Positions 27,056 through 41,969 of a stretch of 64,000 nucleotides of DNA are shown piece by piece. The notes beneath the pieces were generated by a model that was given only the letters and a program-made list of their open reading frames with translations, did not search any database and was not told the DNA's origin. The first letter of the stretch is position 1. Each line of letters opens with the position of its first letter. The position numbers and the translations under genes were made by a program. Source of the DNA: Antedon mediterranea (Eukaryota > Animalia > Echinodermata); the NCBI RefSeq assembly GCF_964355755.1, contig NC_092673.1:35213648-35277647 (forward strand), written 5' to 3'.

Positions 27056-30000
27056 GACAAAAGTCTTTAATTGGGAGTACATTAAAGTTCGAGTGAATTA
27101 TAAAACATTCTCTTTAAATGGGAAGAGTATTTAATTTATGAACATTTGTATTTGAATATTGTACGATAAAAAACATTATTAAAGAAGCAAAATTCAAGAC
27201 AGTTTAAGCGAGTGTTTTTATCTGGTTTTATCTAGTTAGTAAAAGCATGTCAGCTATCTCAACTGACATGGGTTATACTAACATCCTATAGTATGCTAGT
27301 ATAACACAAACATTGAGTTTTGATGCAAAGAATTTCTCCATGCATAATTTAGTAAGAGTAGTTTGACATGCTATTTAATAAATGCAATATATTTTATATG
27401 CATTATCTATCAACTTGATTTACTCGTTTAAAACAAGAACATTATTCGTTTGTCAATTTTCAACGAGCATTCAACAATTTTTTAAACTTTTGATTTGTAA
27501 TTTTTAAAATCTTCATTGAATTATTAAGAAATACAAATGAAATGAATTGTTTATAAAAAATGTATATTTGCTGTTTGCAATGAAGGATTTTAATTAATTT
27601 ACTCAATTAATTTTAATCAACCTCTTCTATGTAAACACATTGTATTTGATTTGTTTTGTTATACCTACTATACCTGTAGTAAAGATATTTTCAAAAGTAG
27701 TTTAAAACCTTTTCGATTCTATGGTACCCCATATAGCCCTCCAACTGTCCACCTGAATTAACATCCTTAACACCATTTTTGCCACTATATTGGATCTAAG
27801 ATGCCATAAACCTGCCCAATACAATTGCCATTATTTTGGTACAGTATTTCATTTGTAATTTGTATGGATGTCTGCAGTAGGAAAAGTTGTATAATGAAAT
27901 GCTGTACAAATTCTCTCTTCATATTAAATATGAGTATTTGATTATAATATAAAAGAAAAAAATAATGTGTTTTAGATCTTGTTTCTGTATAAACTACAAT
28001 TTATGATACTGTACTGTATTTAACAAATCTGTAACTAAATGTCTTTAAATGTAATATATTAAATTTAATTTACAATTTTAATTGGATTATTTATTGACTA
28101 ACAATTTGATAGCAATTCGATATGGTATACATTTCATTATAATATTATGTGTATGTATTATGCGTCAGTAACTATCAATACTAATGTGCATGGTGTAGTA
28201 TGATAAGCAATCCATGGTGCGACAGGCATACATATAATGGCAGGTACTGTGCCAATATCAAGTACTACAAAACAGCTGTAATTGCTAAAGAAATTTTGAC
28301 AAATTACGGACATGCAGAAATGTAGACAGGGACCACAAAAAAAAATTTACATGATGCGACCAAAAATTAATTGAAACTCCAGCAAAACTCAACAATTATA
28401 AAATATCTTGGTATCATTATTTAAAAAAACATATAGAAATTAAACAACAAATAGAATATTATGACTGTTGCAGCCAAAAGAGCTGAACTGCAGAAATATT
28501 TGGACAGAAACTACAAGAATCTCATCAAAAGAATAAAAAGGACGAACGGCAGACACACCATGAAACACCCTTTCAAGTAAAAAAAGTATTTGGTGCATGC
28601 TCAGAAACGATGATGTATCTTCCTAGCAAAGGGTAAATTAAATAATAATGTTAATATTTCTTCTCATTAATATAGATAACATTTACTTATACTGCATAAT
28701 ATCATACAAAACATTAATTATTCACAATATGTAATAAGCTCCAGATTTTGATTACTATTTAAAACAACAAGTTTTGTCAATTTCACTCGAGCAAATTTGG
28801 TTTTATTAGTAAAGTGAATTATTTTATTTCATTTTTCATTTTAAAAGGCAATGAATTCAATTTTTCATGGTAATGTTGAAGGTTATTGGTTTTAATTTAC
28901 CTATTTCTGTTCCACGATATCAATTGCATAATCCTACTTTATTTTCAATATCAAGAGCAAGGGTAAAAAAACGGTTTTTCAATCATCTTCCAAAATTATA
29001 TTATTTCTGTGTAAAATTGATGGTTCTGTTCTTTTTCATTCGCTTGCTTGTCAACAGGTTTTGTTTATGTCACTAATATCTAAATTTTGTCTTTTTGTTA
29101 TTTGTAGATTTTTAGCTGTATATTACTGTATGTCTTTCAGCCCTGTTAATGGTTCAATTATCTAATCGTATTATTTAAATATTTTAATTGATAACGTAGC
29201 TTTTTTTTTCTCAATTTTATATAAATCAAAAAGTTAAAATTAAAATAAAAAGTGTATAGCATGGTATAAATATTGATCTCGAGTACACCAGCAGTGTATC
29301 AGTCAATGACAGCCATGCCTTTTCACAATAAGATGGCTAAAATACAAGAACACTAAAAGTAATGCTTATGTATGGTTACTGTAAAATGATGGAATCTTTT
29401 AAATTATGTAAAAAAAAAATTAAAAGGTTTGCTGTTTGTTTTGAAAATATTAAAAACATAAATTATATGTTTAATTTCAAGATTCAAGAAATTTTATTGG
29501 TCCACTTAAAATGGAAATTTGATTTGCTTGGCATAATTAAGACAATGAAACGACAAAGTAAATACATCAAATTGCAAAAATTACTATTGTTGAGAAATAA
29601 TCCAAATATGTACTACGATTACTAATAAAACATTACAGTACAAATAGCATATACTATATCAACAAGAAAATACATGAGAATGTAATTAAATTCACTAACA
29701 CACCATCACTTACCTGCTTTACTAAATATATTTGGCTTAATTACAAATAAAATTCAAATAAGGAGATAAATCCAAAAATAAAATTCCACAGCAAACATCA
29801 AAAGATTCTCCAATGATTTAGATGATAAATTTAGCATACAGCAACCAGAGAACAAAAATGTATCAAGAATAGATTGCTAGACATCCACAAGGAGCAATGA
29901 GTAAACCAAACATACGTACAACCATGAGGCTACTACGCAGCTCAGTGGCGGCAAGGCAATCAACAGAAGTATCAAAATACAACTTACACACACAACAACC

Positions 30001-31756
30001 AAATAGAAATATCTGCAATTGCTTGGTTCATTATAGCCTAGTCTGCTAGAACCATTGAGCATGTAGAATTAGCAGGCACGCTAATTGTATATATCTCTAG
30101 CTGGCGTGCTCAACTAAACTTACAAAATACTTAGCAGTAGAGCTTCTGATTTATGGATCTGATGTTGGTTTTATACGACTATAACATCATCCTTAAAGGG
30201 GACATGTGTCAATTAAGACAAACACACAAATATTACAAACACACTGTTCAATTAGAAATTTAGATTAAGTTTTAAAAAAAAACTCACCCAAATCAATAAT
30301 TACCAATTGATTTGTCACAGGTGTTAAATTAAAGCATAGGTTTGACCTCAATTATTAGCATATTGTTAAAATGAATACATTGCTATTATATGACTGAGTA
30401 TAGGATGAGGGGAGAGAAGTTAAAAATATGGCAAATACTCAATTTACATTAATAGTTAAAGAGAAGGTTATAATATTAGAAGTATTATTGAGTATAGTTC
30501 CAGGGGGACTAAGTTGCTAAATGTTTCCAAAAATTAGGGGGTGTGGTTTAACTGATTTTAATAACAATGAACTTAATAAAGTCTTGTGAATTTAGCATAA
30601 ATTTAGGGGTGTGATCTGTACACAAACAATTTAAAAGTGCAGTAAAACATTGGATTGTGTTCCTAGAAGGCTATCATAATTATGATAATGACCTTCCTAT
30701 TGTTATAACACATTTCAAATCATATAGCTAATTAAAGTTCACTGTCTGTAGAGTGCTTAGTACTTAATAGACAAATATTATTCTTATAAATATGAACGAG
30801 AGATTTAACCAAATCATTAACCTAAATAAGATCGTTTTATTGCTAATATATTATTCATTTTAATACTATTTATCTTATATTTTCAGTGATTGCATACATA
30901 ACTTTACTTGACCTTTTGTTGATTTTTAATGTCATTTTTTTCAAAAAAAATTACTGAATGAGTTGGAAGTTGAATAACCGATTGGTTAAAGCACGCTCTG
31001 TGAAACATATTGGAAAGATGCGATAAGCACATGTAACAAATTCTAAAGGCAAATTACTGAAAAAATGAAAACACTAAAGAATGTGGTATATTACTTTACT
31101 TGCATCTATTTATTGAATATTATTATTTGTTACGATATGGACTTTGTTCTGAAATAAAAGTGAATTGAATGGGCAACAGTGGTTGTTTCTCAATGGAGAT
31201 GAAAATAAAATAAGCAGAAAAATTCTAAATCAAAAACTGAAGTAAAAAAATAATGTAAAAAGATCAGAAAGAAAGTGATAAGCTTTCTGAAAACAGTCGC
31301 TTTGGCAGGGCTATATTATTATACTCTTCATATTAGGGTACTGTACATTCTTATTAAGATTTTTGTATATTATTTAGTATAATTTTTACTTTTACGTTGA
31401 ACCAACAAAAACGTTAATTACAGTTTACCTTTTAATGATGTTTCAACATCATCAGTCTAAAGCCTGGGTTGGCGCTTTTCAGCGAACAACGCCACAATAG
31501 TCTGGATAGAATCAACGACTTTATTTAGATTATTTGTACATTAAGCATGAGGTTGCTGGTCTAGTTAGCAGTAAGCAAAGCTTCAAATAGTCCAAAACAG
31601 GTTTCACTACTCACTAAAGTATACAGTATATTTACAGTACATGTTAGGTTGGGTAAATATTGAACCATAAGTAGGCCATTAATAATATGAAGGGTCATTA
31701 ATAAACTTAATTATATGTACTATAGCAAACCAACAGAACATCAAGATATGATTTAA

Positions 31757-31912
31757 AGCTTTGTCTACACTATCAAACTAGTTTGACTAAAAAAGTGTGA
31801 TGTTCCCAAATATGGCAGTGATATGCTTAAATATGGTAGTGATATGACATTATCGTGTCCATATATGGCCATACCACATTGTTTTGTAAAGTTTGATGGC
31901 GTAGACAGAGCT
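31757..31912. mobile_element. MITE family A copy
   Basis: Both TIRs, TAA...TAA flanks. Confidence 0.8.
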
Positions 31913-32247
31913 TAAGAACAATAAACATGTTTCCAAAGAACGAACTAGATACTAATATTCGCACTGAGACACAGAATAAGAAACTATCACAGATCTGGGG
32001 ATGGCCTACTTCCTACGTCACATGATCAGTTTACAGTCATGTGACATGAATATCGCCAGCATATCAATTTCACTTTTTAGTCAAGATAATTATGGAATAC
32101 TTAAAATATCTGCAATTATCTAAGAAATATTTGCACATAATATTACTTTTTGAATTTAATTAAACTCCAATTTGAAATTTAAGCTATAAATAAAGTTACA
32201 CAGTACAACAACACACTCTAGATAAATTAAAACTCCTCCTTATGTGA

Positions 32248-32398
32248 TACACCTCTCCTGTTCAGAGAGACACCTCCCCTGTTCAGAGAGACACCTCCCC
32301 TGTTCAGAGAGACACCTCCCCTGTTCAGAGAGACACCTCCCTGTTCAGAGAGACACGTCCCCTATTCAGAGAGACACCTCCCCTGTTCAGAGGGACAC
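32248..32398. repeat. 21-bp minisatellite, about 7 copies
   Basis: Unit gacacctcccctgttcagaga. Confidence 0.95.
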
Positions 32399-34424
32399 TC
32401 ATATGAAGGGCAAATTTTACCATTAAAAAAGGATACAAATATGTTTAAAAGGCACATTTACACTAGGAAGATATTGTTTTGTACCAAAAAAAACCCCATC
32501 AAAACTATCCTCAATAAAATCTCTTTTTTTTTCAATAAACATGTGTATTGCACAATATAATGGTAGATTTTTACGTAGTAAATGTTTGACGTCCAATATA
32601 AGAATTATTCATTTATCAAATTAAACATAGTATCCTTTTAGACTAGCTTCATACCATAACAATTGCGTGCTCAAATTAGTGTTTACCAACTGAATGACTG
32701 ACTGACATAGTGAGCTGTAGAGTTGCACGCGACTAAAAACTGTTGACTGCATGTGCTAATGAGGTGTAGATTGGTATTATTATAGACATTTTATGTACCA
32801 TATACTGTATAACAAAAAAACAAGCACATTTATCAATCAAATTAAATAATGTTAGCCTTCCATCTGTAGCTTTAAAATATAAAATGTTTAACATATGCTA
32901 ATGAGGTCAACGGTTCAAATCTCGCACTGAACATTATTGATTAAATTTAAAGGAAACATTTAATTGGGCATGGCAAGTTTATAGCAAGTAAGTAATTTAA
33001 TATCATCAATGAAAACAAAATGAATTTCATTAATATCATGAATCCATCATTTTGACACATTGTTATAAAAATTATTGAAATTATATGAAAAATTGACAAC
33101 TGAACACTCAATGTACAATTTCCTCCTCAAGAAAAAATATTTCACAACTTTTACGTCGGTTGAAATTTGGCTTGGATGTCAAAATAAGCTTTTAGGATTG
33201 GTATAAGAAAAGATGAGTTTAACATCTAGCAGGGTCAAAGTTCATAACTATCATCTTCAGTTACTTTAGGGTATTTCATGGTCTTTGTTTCTTTTTTTTT
33301 GTGTAAATCTTTTACGTTTATTAAGGCACTAAATTATTATAGACAACCATAATTATTATTATTAATATTTGTTGCTATTCGTAGTTTAATTGAATATTGC
33401 ATACTAGCAAAACAATAACATATAAATTAATAAGAAAAAACTGAATTGTAAAATTGTTTTCCATTTATAAACAAAATATTACATCGATATATTGTTAAAT
33501 CTATTTGTGAAATGAAATAGTTTATCTTCTCTAAGAATATTTTATTATTGCATCTGTGTTGTGTATTGTATAAAAAATAAAAATATATAAAAAGTAATAT
33601 ATGATGAAAGTAGACATGTAGAAAGTGAATACATGTCATGAATGCATTTTATCACTGTTCTCTATCACAATAGATAATTTAAATGACCTGGGAATTGAGC
33701 GTGGTTGTACATTGATACGTCGCTATAGTATTTCAAGTTATCATTTTAGTTTCACCAAAAAGAAAAAACATTATTCTTCAATTCTAATTATAATAACCAA
33801 TTAGTTAATTATACTATTGCAATGAAACTCATGCAAGGAGAAGAATTAAAAAACGATTGAAATTCTTCATATAAATTTCACAGACATAGAGAAATTTCAA
33901 ACTTTAATAGCATATAAATGGTAAAGAATAAAAAATCTGCGAGAATAAGAAAAAAAAAATCTTTATTGTACAGGTATCCCACCATTTAACCACTAGGGCT
34001 TTCATAGTATCATTCTAATCTGATGACCACCATTCACATTTATTCTGAATTAATTATTTATAAAGAAATATATTACGTATTATTTGTGGAAATTAAATAA
34101 AAACAAACAAAGATTATCAGCGTTATACATGGTTCTCAGTAATACTCAAGCTAAAAACAGTGAACAGGCAAAAAAAAAAAATTGATACACAAAATATAAA
34201 TTTGACAGGCATAGACAAACTATAATTCACCCAGTGATTTTCTGGAAATTGATTATTAATTTATAACTGATGAAGATGAGAATTTGTTTTAAATATTTGT
34301 ACAAATTATGTATGTGTACACCTGTTTGCAGGATTAACACACCTGTATAAATGTAGTTAACATGCACAGTGTATGCATAGCAATATGACTTGGGGCAGCT
34401 ACATCCGGACAAAAGTAAGAAACA

Positions 34425-35568
34425 CTAGATTTGAACTCGTCACTACGGACGAGTTAGGTTATCCGCAGAGCAAACGCCACGTGCACGTCATACGTTAGAA
34501 TATTGCGCAGAGAAAACCATTATGCCATTGAAAAAATGTTAGTGCGCTCTCTATTTTACGTCACGTCTAAGTATACACAGTATACACTATATATTGTATA
34601 CGTACTACATACAGTGAAGAATATGTGAAAATAAGTGGCCCAAGTTATTGACGCTTTTGGACATGATGACGTCATCACAATTTTAAAAACGGTATATCAT
34701 GCGAAAGATAATTGATTGGCATAGACAATATAAAAAAATGGGGGGAAATGGAATTAGGATAAGTGGAGATGCGCTCTATTAAATGTGATGAGCTATGACG
34801 AAAGAGACAAAAATCCTATATTTTATATTTGAGTGGCCATACGATGACGTCACTATGTCCTGTTAGCCATATCGATGCATGATTCGATATCTGCAACTCA
34901 TCAACTTCCAGAATGTGTAATTTAAAAAAAGTTCACCTCGTAGTTTACAATCTATGACTGTTTTAAAAAAGGCATAATTTTCATGAATTTTTGAACTTTT
35001 TCATCAAAAACGCGCGCAAATTGTTCAATTCTACGTGCTCGTATGAGGTGATTTTAAGTCGAAATTGTTTGAAAGTTGGTAAATTTACTAAAAAAGATAG
35101 GAAAAACAAAAATCAAGCAAAAAAAAGATGTTTTTGCGCTACGTGCGCACGCGCGCGTAAAAAAATTGCGCACGCGTGGGAATTTTTGAAATGCTCAAAA
35201 TGACCTGAAACGCGTAGAAAGTTGATTAGAAAATGAATTTTCGCATTTTGAAATTTTAAACGCGCGTGCGCGCGTAACTTTTTGGAAAACTGCCATTTTA
35301 AATCCATAGAAAGTTAGCGCATGATATAAATTACACTTTTGCCAAGTTTCAATTAAAATTGCTTTTTGGTTTTCAATCTATGTTAAATACGCAAAATTCA
35401 CAAAATCGCGCGTAACTTACGCTGCGCGACTCTAAAGTCAAAAAACGAAACGTCCTGCACATCTACAGCTACAGGTCAATCTTATGAAAAAGTTACACAA
35501 TCTTCTGTTTGCCAGAATTAGAGATACGCTGCCAACAAAATTCAGGGAAAGAAAGAAGAATAACATAG

Positions 35569-35599
<31 letters not shown>

Positions 35600-35643
35600 T
35601 CCTGACAATAACAAGGGGTTATCCGCCAAGAGCGGATAACCAA
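34425..35643 (-). mobile_element. Non-autonomous Helitron/Helentron (HINE/DINE-like)
   Basis: Minus strand: 5' GGTTATCCGC..GCGGATAACC hairpin then poly-T; 3' subTIR GCGGATAACC, stem-loop CTCGTC/GACGAG and CTAG terminus. CpG-rich interior. Confidence 0.7.
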
Positions 35644-35740
35644 CTATACAGTACAGACGATATATTTTTACTATCAAAAAAAGGAGGAAAATGAAAACTA
35701 TGGAACGCAAAGATTGCAAAAAGTATCATAAAGAGACTAC

Positions 35741-36099
35741 TAAAGTTTTTTCTACATTATCAAACTTTATGTGACTAATAAACGTGATGTGCACATGGAC
35801 ATGGTTCTGTCTACACTATCAAACTTTATGTGACTAAACAATGTGATGTGCACATGGACATGGTTCTGTCTTCAATATCAAACTTTATGTGACTAAACAA
35901 TGTGATGTGCACATGGACATGGTTCTGTCTACACTATCAAACTTTATGTGACTAAACAATGTGATGTGCAAATGGACATGGTTCTGTCTTCAATATCAAA
36001 CTTTATGTGACTAAAACAATGTGATGTGCACATGGACATGGTTCTGTCTTCAATATCAAACTTTATGTGACTAAACAATGTGATGTGCACGTGGACATG
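35741..36099. repeat. ~59-bp tandem array derived from the MITE family A end, 6 copies
   Basis: Unit ctgtctacactatcaaactttatgtgactaaacaatgtgatgtgcacatggacatggtt. Confidence 0.9.
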
Positions 36100-36497
36100 A
36101 AAACTCAATAATTAATAATAATCATCTTTATTAACATGTTTTGGGGACAATACATCTTCAATGAACAACTATAACACTATATAGAATATATGAAATAGAT
36201 GTAAGATGTGATATAACGGTGATGTTAAGGCAGGTGTACAGCCTTGGTATTGTCTGATTACCTGTGTATTTCTTGCAATCAACTGGAATAACTTAATTAA
36301 ACAGTTTAATTAAGTCGTGTTCATATGTATACATGAGTCCGTTTGGATTAATGGGTTGTGAGCTCCGAGATTGCGTGAATTAGTCAACCGTTAAAATACA
36401 GTTAGTAATATCGCACGATATAGCCTCTCGTGTTAACATTTTTACAGTTAGTGATTAACAATTAATTATGCTCACTGATTATTATGCTTCTACAAGA

Positions 36498-36840
36498 GAG
36501 AGGCGATTAATGTTAGCCTACAAGTTGTCGTGTCAGTCATAGACGCACCTCAAGACAGAGGCGATTAATGTTAGCCTACAAGTTGTCTTGTCAGTCATAG
36601 ACGCACCTCAAGACAGAGGCGATTAATGTTAGCCTACAAGTTGTCTTGTCAGTCATAGACGCACCTCGAGACAGAGGCGATTAATGTTAGCCTACAAGTT
36701 GTCGTGTCAGTCATAGACGCACCTCAAGACAGAGGCGATTAATGTTAGCCTAAAAGTTGTCGTGTCAGTCATAGACGCACCTCAAGACAGAGGCGATTAA
36801 TGTTAGCCTACAAGTTGTCGTGTCAGTCATAGACGCACCT
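36498..36840. repeat. 58-bp minisatellite, 6 copies
   Basis: Unit gaggcgattaatgttagcctacaagttgtcgtgtcagtcatagacgcacctcaagaca. Confidence 0.95.
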
Positions 36841-37037
36841 AGTTCAGCTTATGGCAACTGATCTTCATGAATGTTTGTTTTTGGTTTTCCATTTTTAAAA
36901 ATAAATATAACCTTATTTTCAGTTTGGACCAAATCTTTATTAATGTAACTCAGCCATTATAAACACCTAAAAACATGCTTTTGTCTTGCAAAAGACTGTA
37001 CATGTACATCGATTCTGTCAGTCGATATGGTTGTGTC

Positions 37038-38172
37038 CAGTGGCGGATCTAGGGGGGGGGGGGTGAATAGGGTGGCTAGCCACCCCCCTTAATTCTAAAA
37101 AAAAAAAAAAAAAGATGCAACCTAATCGCGATTGACCGTCGCTAGACGTGGATTAATCTTTTAATTAAGAAGAGTAGGCCTAGCTAGCTAGGCCCTACTA
37201 GAGCTAGCATTAATAGTTGTGTGTAAATAGGCCTACACAGTGAAAGAGCTAAAGAGTTCAATTACTATTATGAATTCAAGAGTTTAAAAAGAAAACACGA
37301 TTTACAATCTTCGGAAAATACCCATTTTCAAAACACACGCACTCCTAAAACTACCAGCGTCACGTTGTCAAGCTCGCTCCTCGTGTGAATGCTGACGTCA
37401 TCACTCTCCCAAATACACCATTTTCCATTGCAGTTAATTTCCGCCGCCCTGGTCACGTCCGTCCGTGTGTGCACAAGCGTTAGCGTGGTATATTTACACC
37501 CCTGAGTGGAGTGTAATATTGGGAACTTTTTTCTCGCGCATGAAAGTTTTTTGTATAATATTATGGTATGCAGTATAAACGATAAAAATAAACGAGAAAC
37601 ATGGTGTTCTTTTATTATTTTATAGGCATAAAATAAACATGAAATGTCTTGTATGTACACGGGACGGCCGAAAAAAGTATGTGGCGTATTTATTTGGCGT
37701 TTTTTGATTTGCGTTATAGACACGGCGATTACTGCAATCATTGTATACCAAATTACATTGAGTTATTCACCCGGCTGTAGGGTATATATCTCTGAGGTTA
37801 ACAGACAACCAAAACACGGTACACAACACATGCACTCTATCGAGGCATTTTCGGAGTACCGCATTAATGTTCATTTTGTTTGAAGGTTTTTCGATCAAAG
37901 TTTATTATTAGTTCGTCGAAAAAGATCCGTACAGTAGGCCTATTTAGGAAGGATGTATTTAAATTTACATTAGGCCCCTATGTAATATTTGTTATTAAGT
38001 GTGAAACAGTTTCTCTAGCCTATTAAACAGTGTGTAAGCATCTATTTTTTTAAAAATTTTCGGAACCTCCAGAGGGGACACCCCCTCCCAAACCCTCCCC
38101 CGCTCGGTGCTACGCACCTCGTTTGCCACTTCCGTAGCCACCCCCCCTCGTCAGATCCTAGATCCGCCACTG
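37038..38172. mobile_element. Non-autonomous DNA transposon with 5-bp TSD (hAT5-like)
   Basis: TIRs CAGTGGCGGATCTAGG / CCTAGATCCGCCACTG, flanked by GTGTC on both sides. Confidence 0.75.
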
Positions 38173-39246
38173 GTGTCAAATGACTTTCAATAAACAACTC
38201 TTTATCAACAAAATTTAATCAAATAGGGTATATAAACCATACCAAATGTGTGCGCTATAAAAGACAATTTACAAAAATGTATTTTTTTTATAAAATTTTT
38301 ATGAAGCGTTTCAACACAACAAAGTCAAGCATTTATTTTTCCTGGAGTATCATTGTCATATAAGATTAACGCAAAATTGAACAATTTTCATTTTATTCTT
38401 CAGAAATTTTCAAAATAACACTAAACATTTTGAATATTAGCCAACAACATGTACATCTTCCATTATTTGTTGTGTATTGATTTTAAAAGTTAATCGTTCA
38501 GTTATATGTACATACTGGATTTAAATTATAATGAAAGTAAACACATTGATGACAAAACAAATATTTAATAAATCCACATTGACAGAATTTAAGCTTGGTT
38601 AATTAGCATATTTTCAACTAAAGAGCTAAGAATATTAATTTTAATGCCAGAGAATTACATAGAAAACTGGAAAGAGATTTAATAGCCATTTAAGGCTCAC
38701 ATGTGGGAAGTGATGGGAGTCATGTGACATCTAAATTTCATACTAGACTGATTTAAATTGAACTTGGGAATATGAATTAGTTGTGTTGTGGCCTTTTACT
38801 GTGATTATTCGTTAATTACACTACAGTAGAACATGTACCACCCATGTTTCATATCCCTGTGAAACAAGGGACAATATATCGCGTAAATAGAGCTAAATTA
38901 ACAAGATCGCATTGTGCGCACAACCTTCATACGCACATACTCTAGTTTAGCTAGTATTTTGCATACTTAATACTTTCTGAAAATTATTCGCGCCATGAAG
39001 CAAATTTCAATCACTCGCGAAATGTGCAAAAGTTTCATGTGTGTGAGAGTTTCTGGTTTTACAGTAGCTTGTGAATACTTGAGAAAAGAAAAAAACAAAA
39101 AGATGTTGAGGTTTGGTGTTGTATGAGTTTTATTTGATTTCTTTATGTGTGTCTATTTTAATTGCTATATTATATATTTGTTCACTCATAAGTCAGAATT
39201 GGCTGATCTTGTAAACAAGAGTGTGGTTAAATAAACAAATACATAC

Positions 39247-39314
39247 CTTATCAGGCGTCATTCTGACTAGCTTAAGGTTTTCCATGCTACGTCTTCTTGG
39301 TTTAACAACATCAT
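39247..39314 (-). CDS. GPSM2: GPSM1/2 linker exon with the conserved RRxSMENL phospho-motif
   Basis: cag|AT GAT...KPRRRSMENLKLVRMTPDK|gtatgt, matching the LGN RRHSMEN..L...TPEK motif. Confidence 0.93.
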
Positions 39315-41752
39315 CTGAAATAATTGATAAAAACAAAATAACTGAATGTAAAATATATACATATAAAAAGGAAAATAATTTAAATTAGTTGCTTTTTAGA
39401 ATTTCTTCATTGGACTTTGATAATGATCCATGATGTAGTTGTAACCTCGTTTTTTTTAAATTGTTATTTCACTATAATGAAATAATTTTAAATTAAAAAA
39501 TATGCATATTGTTTGACAGTGGAATAAATAAACTCATTGGCAACTAAAATCCAATCAAACACATGAAATATATTAAAGACCTCATTGATGGTTTATTATA
39601 AGAAATTAGATGAACCTCGATATTAATTATTATATATATATGCACAGTTCTAAAAACCCCAAGGCTTGGATGTGAAGAAAATCTTATTCTATGGTTTAAA
39701 CAATGTATTGTCAAAGTGCATTGAAACAAATGATTTGAAATGTTGTCGATATAACATAAAGCAAGATTTTAAATGATTTCAAAATTGAAACTTTGATGTT
39801 ATTATACTGTTATGACGTTTGACAGTTAAATCGTTAATTTCCCACGGTGTAAAACCTCTGATTTATTATACATTTGAAATTATCACTTAGAGTGAATGCT
39901 AAGTACTAGAGTCACTAAGGTCAATTTTCTTAATGTTTAAAACCAATTAGAATTTTCTAATTTTAAAAGCTCAAAACAATGGATTATACAACAACAGAAT
40001 GATTCTATGAAAAGAAACTGTGGTAAAACAGGTTTTTCTTTTGGAATAAATAGGTCATTGAAAATTGTTGATTTTTTGTTTATAATCTACAGTGTAAATG
40101 TAAAGTTTATTCATTTTTAGCTGTCGTATAATATAAATAAATAAAACATTATTTACATACAGGCCAGATCGTACAATGTTATTGCACATAGATCGCTTTA
40201 TAACACACATACCTATAAGCCATTACCAAAATAATGGCATTAGGAATTTCACGATGGAGCTGGTGCAGATATCAGAATCTGCACTAAGCATGTTTTAAAA
40301 CGCACAACTCAGTCACCAGTCTTCCATTGAACAAAATTCTCAAAATGTTTACAAGTAGTATATCTCATTCATGAGTTAGCCTAGATGCGCCCCAGTTCAG
40401 AATGACACAAAGTACAAACCTGGGACAACACAATTAATACACTTGCTTGTATATATAAATACACAAATTCGAAAATGTATAACTTTACAAAAAAATAAAT
40501 AAAATTTAAGTACCAGTATAAAAATCCTGAATATTATATAAAAGTCCTTCAAAAAATCATAATAGCAGTATAAACTCACATAAAATACACAAACATCCTA
40601 ATAGCAGTAAACTTCCTCTATACAAGTTGTCTTGCTCAATTTTATTCTTGATATTGAATTACAGATTGGTATAATGCATTCTAAGTGGGCAAGTGGTTAA
40701 GTGCCGATTAAAGGTCATGGCACTAGGGTTCAAATCAAAGCTTGTTATATTCAATGAATAGGTTTATTATATACACTTGATTTGATTGAGATCTCTTTAA
40801 TATTATCTGGAGAATATACGAATTAGAGAATTCCTATAGTCTCCTTTGACTTAATCACTTGAGATGAAAGTTAACATTTATGAAACAAATGTTGAAATTT
40901 AAATGTTGAAGTTGATTATGATAATGGTGTTGAGTTATTAAATCATGATATCAATATAGTCTTGGTTTATATTTTAATGTTATTTTTATATGTTGTAATG
41001 TGAAATTTGGTGTATTTTTAAATATTTTGTTAATAGTTATTTAATTGTAAATTCAACTGCAATAAAAAAATTTAATTGAATAAATGATGATAATGTTGAT
41101 AAAATAAAAAAGATATTGATTTATTTTGATTTTTAAATGATTATATAAATGATATTGATAAATTGATTTTTTTATTGATGTAAATGGAAGTTCTCGACGA
41201 CAACAACAAGATCCATGCAAGGCATCCTGTAATTGGCGATTTTTGGATTTTGGATGTGGTTGAAATAAAATGAAATAAAATAAAAAAATAAAATATTTGT
41301 TCTTGCACAATCCTGTTAATGTTTCTCTCTCCAAAACAAACAAGCACAAAGTTAGAGGCAAGTACTATTACTATTGAAATAATATAGCCCTTGATATTAA
41401 GGAGGAATATCAGTTGGCTGCATTTGATTTAGCTATTTAAAACAAGTTTTTAAGACCTGGATAAATGAAAGCATGTCGGATATCTTGAGCTTTTTATAAA
41501 ATTGTGAACTTCTTCTGATTTTGCATTTTATAATATAAATTGAAATGGACAATCTGAATCGCCACAAGTCATTTGTCAGTATATGACTACTGCTACATAT
41601 TCCTCTTATTTATGATGTCATTTAAAATTGTAAATAAGCAAGATTATTCTAATGAAGGGGGTGGGAAGGGGAGGATTGTAATAAAGTTGTTCCACTGTCA
41701 TTAATTCACTCCGGCATTATTTCACTGTCATTATTTCACCCTGGCATTATTT

Positions 41753-41912
41753 ATTTTATATTTTATCGTGCTTATAAACTAAGTCTCATTTGAGGCTTAG
41801 GAAGTGGAGTCGAAAGAGTTGTGATTTACAACTCTGGCACTAGGTCAGGATTGAACCCTGGACCTTGGGATTGGGAGGCAAGCATGTGAACCACCAAGCT
41901 ACAGCTCCACTA
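41753..41912 (-). mobile_element. tRNA-derived SINE
   Basis: Minus strand GGAGCTGTAGCTTGGTGGTT...GGGTTCAATCC, A-rich tail, possible 12-bp TSD ctggcattattt. Confidence 0.7.
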
Positions 41913-41969
41913 CTGGCATTATTTTACTCTGTCAATATTTCCCTGTCATTATTTCACTCTATCTGTGTA

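Noticed and set aside
31425-31465. Minus-strand CTGATGA-tgtt-GAAAC
   Set aside because: Explained by a short local palindrome; there is no stem I partner.
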